Assembly (NCBI GenBank): GCA_963663405.2 | Contig: CAXXSM010000140.1 | Coordinates: 9,554-73,553, forward strand | DNA length: 64,000 nucleotides | Source: a bacterium | GTDB taxonomy: Bacteria > Hinthialibacterota > Hinthialibacteria > Hinthialibacterales > Hinthialibacteraceae | Direction of reading: 5' to 3' | Shown: in pieces, positions 38,259 through 47,273 of the stretch | Layout of the letters: each line of letters opens with the position of its first letter | Position numbering within the stretch: position 1 is the stretch's first letter | Notes under the pieces: model-generated | Seen by the model: the letters and a program-made list of their open reading frames with translations, nothing else | Told to the model about the DNA's origin: nothing | Databases searched by the model: none | Translations under genes and position numbers: made by a program

Positions 38259-39947
38259 TCAGGATTCCAGTTCACGAAGAATCGATTCGGGAGTGATGAC
38301 TCGCCCGTCATATCGAAGGATGCGTTTGGGGATATGAAAACCTGTTTCCCGCCGAATCAGCCGTGTGAATTGCGCTGTCGCGTTTCCTTCCACACAGATG
38401 ACTTGTTCCGCGGATTCCAACCGGGCAAGAAACTGTTCGGGAACCAGCGGCCAAACTTGGGAGAAATGAAGCGCCGCGGCGGATCTCCCCTTTGCAGAAA
38501 GCTGGGCGGCCGCTTCGATCGCAGATCCTTTTGTTGATCCCCAGGAGACGAGTAGGATACTTGGATTTTCGTCGCCAATGAATTCGGGCGGTGTAGTTTC
38601 CTGCCGAAGCGCTTCTTCTTTCTTGGCGCGTTTTTCAACCATCTGTTTGCGAACACTTGTATCTTCGGTGATGTGACCCGCTTCGGTATGTTCGTGACTG
38701 TCCGCGACAACAAGATGTTCACTCATTCCAGGAAGAAGGCGGGGGGAGATTCCGTTATCCGTCAGGGCGTACCGGCGATAGGGCGCTGTGATTGATGCGG
38801 GATCGACTCCACATCGAACTGGAGAAAGATTCTCAATGTCGAATGGATCAGCCGCGCGGTAGGAGTCAGCGAGAAATTGATCGGTCATCAGAAAGACCGG
38901 CCCTTGATAACGTTCCGCTAGTTCGAACGCTTTTCGTGTGAGATGGAAGCATTCTTCCAACGATCCCGGCGCGAAGATACAACGGGGGAAATCCCCGTGA
39001 CCGGCGTGAAGAACCATTTCAAGGTCACCTTGTTCGGTGCGGGTCGCCATCCCTGTCGCGGGGCCGGGACGTTGGGCGATGACGATGACTACGGGAGTTT
39101 CCGTGATCCCTGCAAGACTAACTGATTCAACCATCAAAGCGAATCCGCCGCCGGAAGTGGGAACCAAGCTGGGAACACCGGCGAACGAGGCGCCGATCGC
39201 CATATTCACGGCGGCGATTTCATCTTCCGCCTGCTCAATAATCACTCCCATATCCGCCGCGTAAGCGGTCATGTTTGTGATAATGGATGTCGCCGGTGTC
39301 ATAGGATAATACGAGCAGAATTTAACACCCGCTGAGAGAGCGCCCAGGACAATCGCTTCATTGCCGTGAATCATAAGATGGGGGGAGGATTCAACGGCTT
39401 TGGCAACCGGGAACGGGGATGTCTTGCCTTGTTCTTTCTGCCAGTGATACGCTTGTATCAACGCTTCCCGATTGGCTTCACCAATTTTAGGATCTTTTTT
39501 TCCAAATTGTTTCTCGACAATTTGCGAAACTGTTTGGAGATCGAGATCAAGCAAAGCCGCAGTAACGCCTAAGATGGCGATGTTTGCGTATTTAGACGCG
39601 CCCAAATCTTTTGTGGGGATACTGTATATACCATCATTCGATTCTGTTAACGCTTCATCCGCTAAAACGAGACCGTTCGGAGACAAGGCTTCCCGATCTT
39701 CCGTTAGAGAACGAGTATCCAATGCGATCAGATAGTCGATGGATTCGCATGGCGCGGCTACTTCAGATGAATTGAAACGAATCGCGAACGTATTGTGACC
39801 ACCCCGAATGCGGGAGTAATAACTTTGTGTCACTACGATGGAATAACCGGATCGGACAAGGCTTTTCGCGAGCAGATATCCGACGGTGGCGACTCCTTGT
39901 CCCGCCTCTCCACCGATGACTATATTGAGAGAATCCTCTTGCTGCAT
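38259..39947 (-). CDS. korA: 2-oxoacid:ferredoxin oxidoreductase alpha subunit (fused gamma domain)
   Basis: GGEAGQG, SRIRGGH, YPMTPAT, QAEDEIAA, TSGGGF, QRPGPATG, TRTEQGDL, WGSTKG. Confidence 0.93.
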   Translation of the reverse strand: MQQEDSLNIVIGGEAGQGVATVGYLLAKSLVRSGYSIVVTQSYYSRIRGGHNTFAIRFNSSEVAAPCESIDYLIALDTRSLTEDREALSPNGLVLADEALTESNDGIYSIPTKDLGASKYANIAILGVTAALLDLDLQTVSQIVEKQFGKKDPKIGEANREALIQAYHWQKEQGKTSPFPVAKAVESSPHLMIHGNEAIVLGALSAGVKFCSYYPMTPATSIITNMTAYAADMGVIIEQAEDEIAAVNMAIGASFAGVPSLVPTSGGGFALMVESVSLAGITETPVVIVIAQRPGPATGMATRTEQGDLEMVLHAGHGDFPRCIFAPGSLEECFHLTRKAFELAERYQGPVFLMTDQFLADSYRAADPFDIENLSPVRCGVDPASITAPYRRYALTDNGISPRLLPGMSEHLVVADSHEHTEAGHITEDTSVRKQMVEKRAKKEEALRQETTPPEFIGDENPSILLVSWGSTKGSAIEAAAQLSAKGRSAAALHFSQVWPLVPEQFLARLESAEQVICVEGNATAQFTRLIRRETGFHIPKRILRYDGRVITPESILRELES

Positions 39948-40114
39948 TTTTTTTAACCTATGAGGAGGATTGGTAGATAATGGAGCGGCTGAAACCGTAT
40001 CCAGGTTGTTCTCCGTTATAGGAGTGAAAGTTAATTATAAGATATTTATATTACTTTTCTGGGATTTCAGCCGCTTTGTCATTAATAAAAATTTATGTTC
40101 AAATCGTGGGGTTA

Positions 40115-40576
40115 TTAACTCCATTCCGGATCCAATATGCGATCGTCGTATTCGAGTTCAAAACGGAGTTTGTGCTTGGCTTCTTCCTGAGCCAACGCTA
40201 AGAGTGTTTGTTTCAGTTCTTCATCATTCGTTGTTTCCGCCAGATCCGAATAGAGTTTGAAAGCCGCTTTTTCTGCTTTCATGGCGATAATCAACGCGTC
40301 TTGATAATCCATGTCACTGCTGGCTTCACCTTCAACTAGATAATCTCCGATTTTGAGATCCAGCACTGTATCCTTGAAGGTCATTTTCAGATTGCCCGAT
40401 TTTACCGCGAGGAGTTTCGCTTTATGACCCTTTTCTTCCTGCGCGAATTCTAAAAAGATCTTTTTCATCCATTGTTTTTTTACTTTATCTGCCAGTTCGG
40501 TATAGAATTGCGCCGCATCTTCTTCATTTTTAATCGCGAAATCCAGAATTTCATCGACGGATTGAAGGTTTGCCAT
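40115..40576 (-). CDS. Rubrerythrin/ferritin-like di-iron protein
   Basis: AIKNEEDAAQFY...EEKGH and AMKAEKAAFKLY...EEAKH (two ExxH halves). Start moved to ATG 40576 after GAGGAGAG. Confidence 0.9.
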   Translation of the reverse strand: MANLQSVDEILDFAIKNEEDAAQFYTELADKVKKQWMKKIFLEFAQEEKGHKAKLLAVKSGNLKMTFKDTVLDLKIGDYLVEGEASSDMDYQDALIIAMKAEKAAFKLYSDLAETTNDEELKQTLLALAQEEAKHKLRFELEYDDRILDPEWS

Positions 40577-41156
40577 ATTATCTCTCTCCTCGTTTTTAAT
40601 CTTTTTGCTATAAATTTTCATTTCAATTGCGGCGGATCTACGCCGCGTTCCTCTCTTGAAGAATATCGCATTCCCGCATGATTTCGAAGGTGTCCCTAAA
40701 AAAAATAAAGCCGATTTTCTGAAATTAAGGGGGAATTATTGGGAATCGGCTGATGGATGCGCTTGAAAGGGAAAAACGAAGCGGAAGTAGACTTTAGTAT
40801 TGATCGCAAAGCCAATAAAAATGGTTCATCCAGTAAGTGGATAATTTTAAACTATAAAAATAGTATAATTATCTACTATAAACATAATTGTACATTTTAT
40901 GATACGTTTTTTAGATTTATTTATTTTCCCAAAACCAAAAATTGAGAAAAAAAAATACGAATCGGCGGAAGAAATAGAGTATATTTGATCTTCTAAAATA
41001 TCTTAACTATTTGAAATATATATATTTATATGTTGATAAAAAAAATATGATTATTTTGTTTATGACTCTAGAAATCACTTTTGATCTATGTTAAAACCAT
41101 ATGAAATACCTTTTTAAAAGGTATTCATATTCATTATTAGAAGGGGAGATACAGAT

Positions 41157-43040
41157 ATGAGGAAGAAACTTGTATCCGCAGTAGCGATCCTGACGTTTGC
41201 CTCGATCGCGCCGGCGTTTGCAGCGATTGGCATTTTTGACGCCAATGTGGACGTCGACAATGGTAGTCTCGGAGCGGCGGGAAGCGCAACCTATGACGCC
41301 GATTCTGACACCTACACTATTGAAGGCAGCGGTCAGGACACCTGGAATGACGTTGGCAGCAATTTCCATTTCGTCTACAAAGAATGGAGCGGCGATTTCA
41401 ACTTGGTCGCTGACGTCACTGTAGGTGGAAACGAAGGTCAGGATTGGATTAAATCCATGCTGATGTGCGCTCAAGGCTTAGGCGGGTGGGACAATTACAT
41501 CACGACCCGTGTTCGCCGGGACGGTCAGTACAGCACCCAGTGGCGTACGGGAGGCGAAGGTTCGGATGGTAGTACCGCTTCAGATCTCCGCGTATCGGGT
41601 TTAAATCCAGCCACGCAGCGTTTGGAGCGTGTTGGTGATACGTTTACTACGTATTACAAAGATGAAACCGGCGCTTGGGTTGTGATCGACAGCAATGAAT
41701 GCGTGTTGACGGATCCAGTACTGGTCGGTTTTGGTGTTTGCGCTCACGATTTAGGCGCGATCGCCACTGGCACATTCAGCAACGTGTACCTCGGTGTCAA
41801 CGCGGTCGACGCGCCGGTGGGCGTGTTCGAGAATACCGTTACGCTGGACGCGCTTGAGTACGATAATACCCCGCTTGCAGGTAGCATAACGGAAGCCGAT
41901 GGTGTCTATACCATCTCTGGTGATGGCCGCGACATCTGGGACAATGGCGATGAAGGATTCTTCGCCTACACAGAACTGTCCGGCGCCAATTCCATTTCCG
42001 CTAAAGTGAAATGGATCAATGGTGGTATTGGAAATGACTGGTCTAAAATTGGTGTGATGGTTCGTGAAAATGGAAACGATCCTGCGTCGAAACATTATTG
42101 GATCGAAATGCGGAGCGGCGCTGAAGATGCAGATGGTAATGCTCTTGGTGATCGCACTGACGCCCAGTGGCGTGATGCAACCGGACAGTCTTCTGGCAAT
42201 GTCGAAATACCTTCGGATGGCGCAAATATGGCTTCAGTTGACGGAATGTGGTTCCGTGTAACCCGTGAGGGCGATAACTTCACTTCTGAATATTCGATGG
42301 ATGGAAGTGCGTGGTCCGTCGCCAACACAAGGTCTATTCCGATGCAGGATGAGGTCGCTTATGGTGTGATTATCACATCGCACTGTACAACGGCCGTAGA
42401 AGGCAATGAATTAGTCACAGCGGAAGTGAGTGATGTGCAGATCGAAGCCATTCCGGTTCCGGGCTATCGTTTCGATCATCCCGAATGGGTTCTCGAAGAT
42501 GGCGTGATGAAAAACATCTCGACTGAACGTTTAGATCCCAAACACCTTTGGGTCAATCAAGACATTCCACAAGATTGTACGCTCAAATGTGATGTCAAAG
42601 TTGTGGAATGGAACGAAGGCGATGATTGGAGCCGTTGCGGAATCGGCGGACGGTTAGCGCCCGTAGACGGTAGAGTGGAAGGTCTCAATCTTCTCTTCCA
42701 CCAAAATGCGGGTAACGTTCAATTCCTGAATGACTATTCCGGATGGGGACCGAATGCCGCTATACCGTGGGCGCCGGGAATCTGGTACACCTTGACATTG
42801 AATATCGAGGGAACCATGTTGTCAGGCAGTTTTGGCGTCAAAGGCGCTCCCCCGGTTGAAATGGAACCATGGGAATCCGCGGGAACTGTTCGTACGGGAA
42901 CTGGATTCGGTCTGGCTGGCAACTCCGACGTGGGTGTAACCTATTATGATAACTTCTCAATCAGCGTTGATGGCGAAGTGATCTTCAGTGATTCATTTGA
43001 TGATCCTTCCTCTATGGCGAATTGGGAAATATTACAGTAA
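41157..43040 (+). CDS. Secreted multi-domain ConA/LamG-like protein (two tandem repeats plus a third beta-sandwich), C-terminal ...SSMANWEILQ tail
   Basis: Signal peptide ending AFA; repeats YTIEGSGQDTWND..FHFVYKEWSGDF and YTISGDGRDIWDN..GFFAYTELSGAN, each with R-G-D-x-F-T; RBS AAGGGGAG. Confidence 0.78.
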   Translation: MRKKLVSAVAILTFASIAPAFAAIGIFDANVDVDNGSLGAAGSATYDADSDTYTIEGSGQDTWNDVGSNFHFVYKEWSGDFNLVADVTVGGNEGQDWIKSMLMCAQGLGGWDNYITTRVRRDGQYSTQWRTGGEGSDGSTASDLRVSGLNPATQRLERVGDTFTTYYKDETGAWVVIDSNECVLTDPVLVGFGVCAHDLGAIATGTFSNVYLGVNAVDAPVGVFENTVTLDALEYDNTPLAGSITEADGVYTISGDGRDIWDNGDEGFFAYTELSGANSISAKVKWINGGIGNDWSKIGVMVRENGNDPASKHYWIEMRSGAEDADGNALGDRTDAQWRDATGQSSGNVEIPSDGANMASVDGMWFRVTREGDNFTSEYSMDGSAWSVANTRSIPMQDEVAYGVIITSHCTTAVEGNELVTAEVSDVQIEAIPVPGYRFDHPEWVLEDGVMKNISTERLDPKHLWVNQDIPQDCTLKCDVKVVEWNEGDDWSRCGIGGRLAPVDGRVEGLNLLFHQNAGNVQFLNDYSGWGPNAAIPWAPGIWYTLTLNIEGTMLSGSFGVKGAPPVEMEPWESAGTVRTGTGFGLAGNSDVGVTYYDNFSISVDGEVIFSDSFDDPSSMANWEILQ

Positions 43041-43065
43041 TTAGTATCTCTTAGATTGCATTCAT

Positions 43066-43098
43066 ACGGCCCGGTTTATATACCGGGCCGTTTTGTTT
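43066..43098 (+). terminator. Rho-independent terminator
   Basis: ACGGCCCGGT-ttatat-ACCGGGCCGT followed by TTTGTTT, between convergent genes. Confidence 0.85.
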
Positions 43099-43136
43099 GA
43101 ATGCTATATTAAAATCTCTGAGTGTGTAATCAACCA

Positions 43137-45041
43137 TCACTCACTGGAAAGTTGTATCGATGAGTTCCATTCCACGTTTTGATCCGTCGTACGAACCATC
43201 AGAAAACTCATTTGTTGGTTGGCTGGATTATCGGGGCATACGCCGATGAAAAATTCGAATGGGCGCTTTGATTGTGTTTGGATTGTCAACGTTCCGGGAA
43301 CATCGCGCAGCTGATACGTTAAAGAAATCGTTTGAGCCACAGTTCCCGTTTTAATGTCCTTTAACATATCATAGCCCTGCCGCTGCTCAAAACCATCATA
43401 CGGTTTTTGGGGAAGGGAACATTTGATTAATTCGCCCCGGAAATGATAAAAGAGATCATATTGATGTTCGTCTTTGGATTGAGCGGTAACACGATCGAGA
43501 ATTCCGTCCGATTGCAGAGTGATAGAACGGCGAATATCAACTCCATCGAAGGCGTCTTTCACACCCGCCTCGACATGAGTAGGGCTGTAATCAATATAAT
43601 ACCCATCACAACGCTTCTGCCGCTTCTCATCCACGATCAATAGATTATGAGACGCCGGCGCGCGGAACCATTTTCCATTCAGGGGAATCCCGTATCCGGA
43701 GGTGCCTAAATCGGGGATAATGAATCGGCCGTTACCGAACAGAATCAGATTCAACCGATCATAATGATCGTGACCACCACCATATGGGCTGAATTTCAGA
43801 AGCGCATTGACTGATTCATTTCGCAGAATGGCGATCCCGGATTCTTTAAACAGAACGCTTTCAAGAGGCAGGTCTTGATTTTTAGGGATCTCAGACGGGC
43901 CATACAGAAGAGCGTTCAACGAATCCCGGGATTTATTCCGGTAGATCGCGGCCAATGTTGAGAGGAATTGAGAATCATGGGTCATCGCATAGGCGGCTTC
44001 AAAGTACGAATCCATGTTTTCAATATTAATGCGAGTCCAACCATCGTTCATCGCTGGAAATTCACCGTTTGGAAACGCGAATTGGATGGGGGCGGAGTAC
44101 ATACGGAAAAATTTCCCGGTTCCTTCAAGTGGATAGTTTTGCGCTTTCGCCGCAAGATATAATGGCTGCATCGATTGGATCGTATAAAAATGATATCCGA
44201 TGGAGCCTTCATACCAAAATCCATCTTCGATGATCCCTTTTTGGATTTGCTGTTTTAAACCATGCGGTCCGTCAATTGCTTGTTGTACCAATTCACAATC
44301 GCCCACAGCGAAACCAACCAAACCTACAGCTGAATTGTGCCAACTGTGAATATTGTGAATACGATTTGTCTGTTGATGAATGAATTTCGCATCGGGAATT
44401 AAAAATTTCGTGGTGATTGTTTCCCGGTCTTCGCCGCATAAATCTTTGCAGATATCCCAATACGCATGGGCTAAACGTACCAATTGCGTCGCTTCATCCA
44501 AAGATTGTTCGCGAATCCAGCCTTTTCCAGCATGATTGCCATGCGATTCAAATTCATTGAAATGAACGGCGTACCAGAGCAGCGTTTCTTTGACGTAATT
44601 GAAATACTTTGTATCGCCTGTAATGCAATAGAGCGCTCCGGCTTGTTCGGCGGCGGTGGCGATACTGCTATGAACGAGAGACCGCCAGCAGTCATCATAT
44701 GGAGAGCCGCTGTATACGTGGCCGCATTGGGGGCAGACGTGCTCATGCGGCTTTTGTGGATCAAATCGCAACCGGTTCGCGTCTTCATCACAATAATATT
44801 CATGCAACCAGCCCGTCGTTCCCAATGGGGGAGTTTTGTGCAACGATTGCGTTCGATTTACATTGCGTTTCAGATCCTCTACGATCGCTTGCGCCCATGC
44901 CCAGGTCTCGATTTTCTGTCGTACTGCTTTCCAGTCGATCCCTCTCGAACCAGGATCGGAGAGCGGAGCGGAAACGGAAGTGGATGCGAAAAAAAATGCG
45001 ATCAAAAACGATTGGATAAACGATTTGTATGTCATTGCCAT
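43137..45041 (-). CDS. Secreted alginate-lyase / heparinase II-III domain protein (PL17-like oligo-uronate lyase)
   Basis: HNIHSWHN, DGFWYEGSIGYHFY, FPAMNDG, GGGHDHYDRL, DLGTSGYG, SHNLLIVD. Confidence 0.85.
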   Translation of the reverse strand: MAMTYKSFIQSFLIAFFFASTSVSAPLSDPGSRGIDWKAVRQKIETWAWAQAIVEDLKRNVNRTQSLHKTPPLGTTGWLHEYYCDEDANRLRFDPQKPHEHVCPQCGHVYSGSPYDDCWRSLVHSSIATAAEQAGALYCITGDTKYFNYVKETLLWYAVHFNEFESHGNHAGKGWIREQSLDEATQLVRLAHAYWDICKDLCGEDRETITTKFLIPDAKFIHQQTNRIHNIHSWHNSAVGLVGFAVGDCELVQQAIDGPHGLKQQIQKGIIEDGFWYEGSIGYHFYTIQSMQPLYLAAKAQNYPLEGTGKFFRMYSAPIQFAFPNGEFPAMNDGWTRINIENMDSYFEAAYAMTHDSQFLSTLAAIYRNKSRDSLNALLYGPSEIPKNQDLPLESVLFKESGIAILRNESVNALLKFSPYGGGHDHYDRLNLILFGNGRFIIPDLGTSGYGIPLNGKWFRAPASHNLLIVDEKRQKRCDGYYIDYSPTHVEAGVKDAFDGVDIRRSITLQSDGILDRVTAQSKDEHQYDLFYHFRGELIKCSLPQKPYDGFEQRQGYDMLKDIKTGTVAQTISLTYQLRDVPGTLTIQTQSKRPFEFFIGVCPDNPANQQMSFLMVRTTDQNVEWNSSIQLSSE

Positions 45042-45356
45042 TCTCCTCAGTTATTATATTGATTTCATACCAATTTGATGGAGTTCTTAAATCCTATAGA
45101 GGATAGCAAGAAATCAAAGTTTTTGGACAGGGAAGGGAATTAGGTCCGGTACTGATTCATCATGAGAGAGATATCCTCATTCTATTCGATTGATTCTGCA
45201 GATAAAAAACAGAGAAAACTTGTACTCCTTATAAAAAGTGAGTACTCTTGCTAAATAATTACTTTTAAATTCGTTTTCGATTGATCTTACTCGGTTTATT
45301 GGAACTTATTCTTTGTATGAAAAGAATCCGTCCAGGTGAAAGAAACTCAATACATC

Positions 45357-46544
45357 ATGAAAAAGAAAAACAATTCATTTCCTACATCGGAAGAGATTGT
45401 AGAGATCCTTAGTAAAAAAAATGAAGCTCTTGCTCGATTGTTGACGGATGAACTTCTTGAATTAATGATGGCGAACGCTGTGGTGAAGCGGTATCCCGTC
45501 GGCAAAGAAATTATTAAGCAGCATAAACCATCTGATTCTCTTTATATCGTTTTAGAAGGACGCTGTCATGTGTTAATCAATGATGAGTTGATCAGCCAAA
45601 TGGAAACGGGAGATTTATTTGGTGAGATGGGCGTGATTCAAAATATGCCAAGAAGCGCGACAGTCATTACGACGGAAAAAACCCGCGCGCTTCGAATTCC
45701 CGGCGCCGATTTTAAAAAGATGTTATATAATCCGAAATTGGCTCAGTGGATAATGGTTCTCCTGACCGATCGCTTAAAACGCAGTTCCCTTGACGCTGTC
45801 CGCGCAATGAAAGAAAAAGAGGAGATTCTTCAGGACCAAATAGAACTGGCGCGCGTGCAACGCTCGCTATTGCCCAATGAACTGCCAACCGATATGCGTG
45901 TCCGGCTGCAAGTGCTGTATTCTCCCTGTACATACGCCGGAGGGGATTATTATGATTCGATTTTACTCGATCATGATCGTCTTCTGCTAATCGTCGCGGA
46001 TGTCACAGGACATGGGGCCCAAGCTTCCATTTCCATGGCGATTGTGCGCTCCTTTATTCATCAGCCCAACATAGGAAAAAGAGCGTCAACCATTCTCAAA
46101 CGATTGAATAACTATCTTTTGGAATACGGTCCCTCACAACATTTTGTCACCGCGCAGGTTGCAATCCTGGATTTAAATACGCGGAAACTCCAATACGCGT
46201 ACGCAGGGCATCCTCCGATTTTGCTTTTGCGGAATGGTGTTTGCAAACCACTGCCCGCGCCCCGCGCTTATTTTCTCCGTTTTCATTGGGACGCGTCATA
46301 TGAATACTCGACAATTTCATTGAAACCTGGAGACCGGATCGCCCTTTTCACGGACGGAGTTGTCGAGACCTTCAATCCTTCGGGCGCGATGTTCAACATG
46401 GAAGGATTACAGAATTTAATCGTGAATACACGAATGAAATCCCTTCCGGAAATTCCTTCTCTATTAGAAGCGGAACTAAAACGCTTCCGGAAAGGCAGTC
46501 CCGTAGAGGATGATATTACATTTCTAGTGGCGGAAATACAATGA
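45357..46544 (+). CDS. Cyclic-nucleotide-binding domain plus PP2C/SpoIIE phosphatase
   Basis: FGEMG...PRSATV (cNMP domain); GGDYYD, ADVTGHG, AGHPP, FTDGVVE, DDIT (PP2C). Confidence 0.92.
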   Translation: MKKKNNSFPTSEEIVEILSKKNEALARLLTDELLELMMANAVVKRYPVGKEIIKQHKPSDSLYIVLEGRCHVLINDELISQMETGDLFGEMGVIQNMPRSATVITTEKTRALRIPGADFKKMLYNPKLAQWIMVLLTDRLKRSSLDAVRAMKEKEEILQDQIELARVQRSLLPNELPTDMRVRLQVLYSPCTYAGGDYYDSILLDHDRLLLIVADVTGHGAQASISMAIVRSFIHQPNIGKRASTILKRLNNYLLEYGPSQHFVTAQVAILDLNTRKLQYAYAGHPPILLLRNGVCKPLPAPRAYFLRFHWDASYEYSTISLKPGDRIALFTDGVVETFNPSGAMFNMEGLQNLIVNTRMKSLPEIPSLLEAELKRFRKGSPVEDDITFLVAEIQ

Positions 46545-46587
46545 TGACAGGTGGGCCGCTTTACCTATTCACATTAGTAGAATTTTT

Positions 46588-47265
46588 TTATGAATTCTTC
46601 GCGGTGATCTGGCTGTAGTCCAATCGGATTTCAATTCTCCGGTTGATTTTGGATTCGATTTTATCTTCGAGGGGCTGGTATTCGCCATAACCGATCGCGG
46701 AGATGCGATTCATTTCTAATTTTACATTTGTATTATCCTCTTGAGATAGTTGGTGAAACAAGCGGACAACCGCTAAAGCCCGTTCACTGGACAATTCCCA
46801 ATTATCCTCGTAGCGGCCACTATGGATAGGCAGGCGGTCTGTATGCCCTTCCACTTCAATTAACAACTTGGGATGACCATATTCGGTTAGAAATTGCGCG
46901 AGGTGGGTTAAGACTTCCCTTCCTCTTGGTTGTAGATTGGCTTCCCCTTTCACAAATACAATGTCAGCAGAGAAACGTAATCGTTGTAAACTGCCTTTTC
47001 TCTCTTCTGTAATGGCGCCTTTTTCAATGGCTTCTTGAAAGATTGAGTTTTCTCTGAACTGCCGCCAAAACAACTCTTGTTGCTGTTTTCGTGTGAGTTC
47101 ATCAAAAACCTGGGACAATTCCAAGAACTGCGCGACTAACATAAAGACAAAAAACAAAACGAGAGCCATGGAAATATCCGAAAAGACAGGCCATACATCA
47201 TCCGTGCTTGAATAGGCGCTGTCAATGAATGGATCGTGTCGATATCTATGGTTGCGTTTGCTCAT
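46588..47265 (-). CDS. MotB/OmpA-family stator subunit (ZorB-like)
   Basis: Single TM with a conserved Asp (VWPVFSDISMALVLFFVF); OmpA-C motifs IVFVKGEANL, IEVEGHTD, NWELSSERALAV, NRRIEI. Confidence 0.9.
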   Translation of the reverse strand: MSKRNHRYRHDPFIDSAYSSTDDVWPVFSDISMALVLFFVFMLVAQFLELSQVFDELTRKQQQELFWRQFRENSIFQEAIEKGAITEERKGSLQRLRFSADIVFVKGEANLQPRGREVLTHLAQFLTEYGHPKLLIEVEGHTDRLPIHSGRYEDNWELSSERALAVVRLFHQLSQEDNTNVKLEMNRISAIGYGEYQPLEDKIESKINRRIEIRLDYSQITAKNS

Positions 47266-47273
47266 GAAAACAT

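Noticed and set aside
40690-41150. AT-rich 450-bp intergenic region as an ncRNA or origin
   Set aside because: It lies between divergent genes and is explained by promoters; no DnaA-box cluster or convincing conserved structure seen.
45357-46544. cNMP-PP2C phosphatase as part of the tubulin/Hsp70/ZorAB system
   Set aside because: Opposite strand, convergent, and a common stand-alone signalling architecture; only adjacency supports a link.
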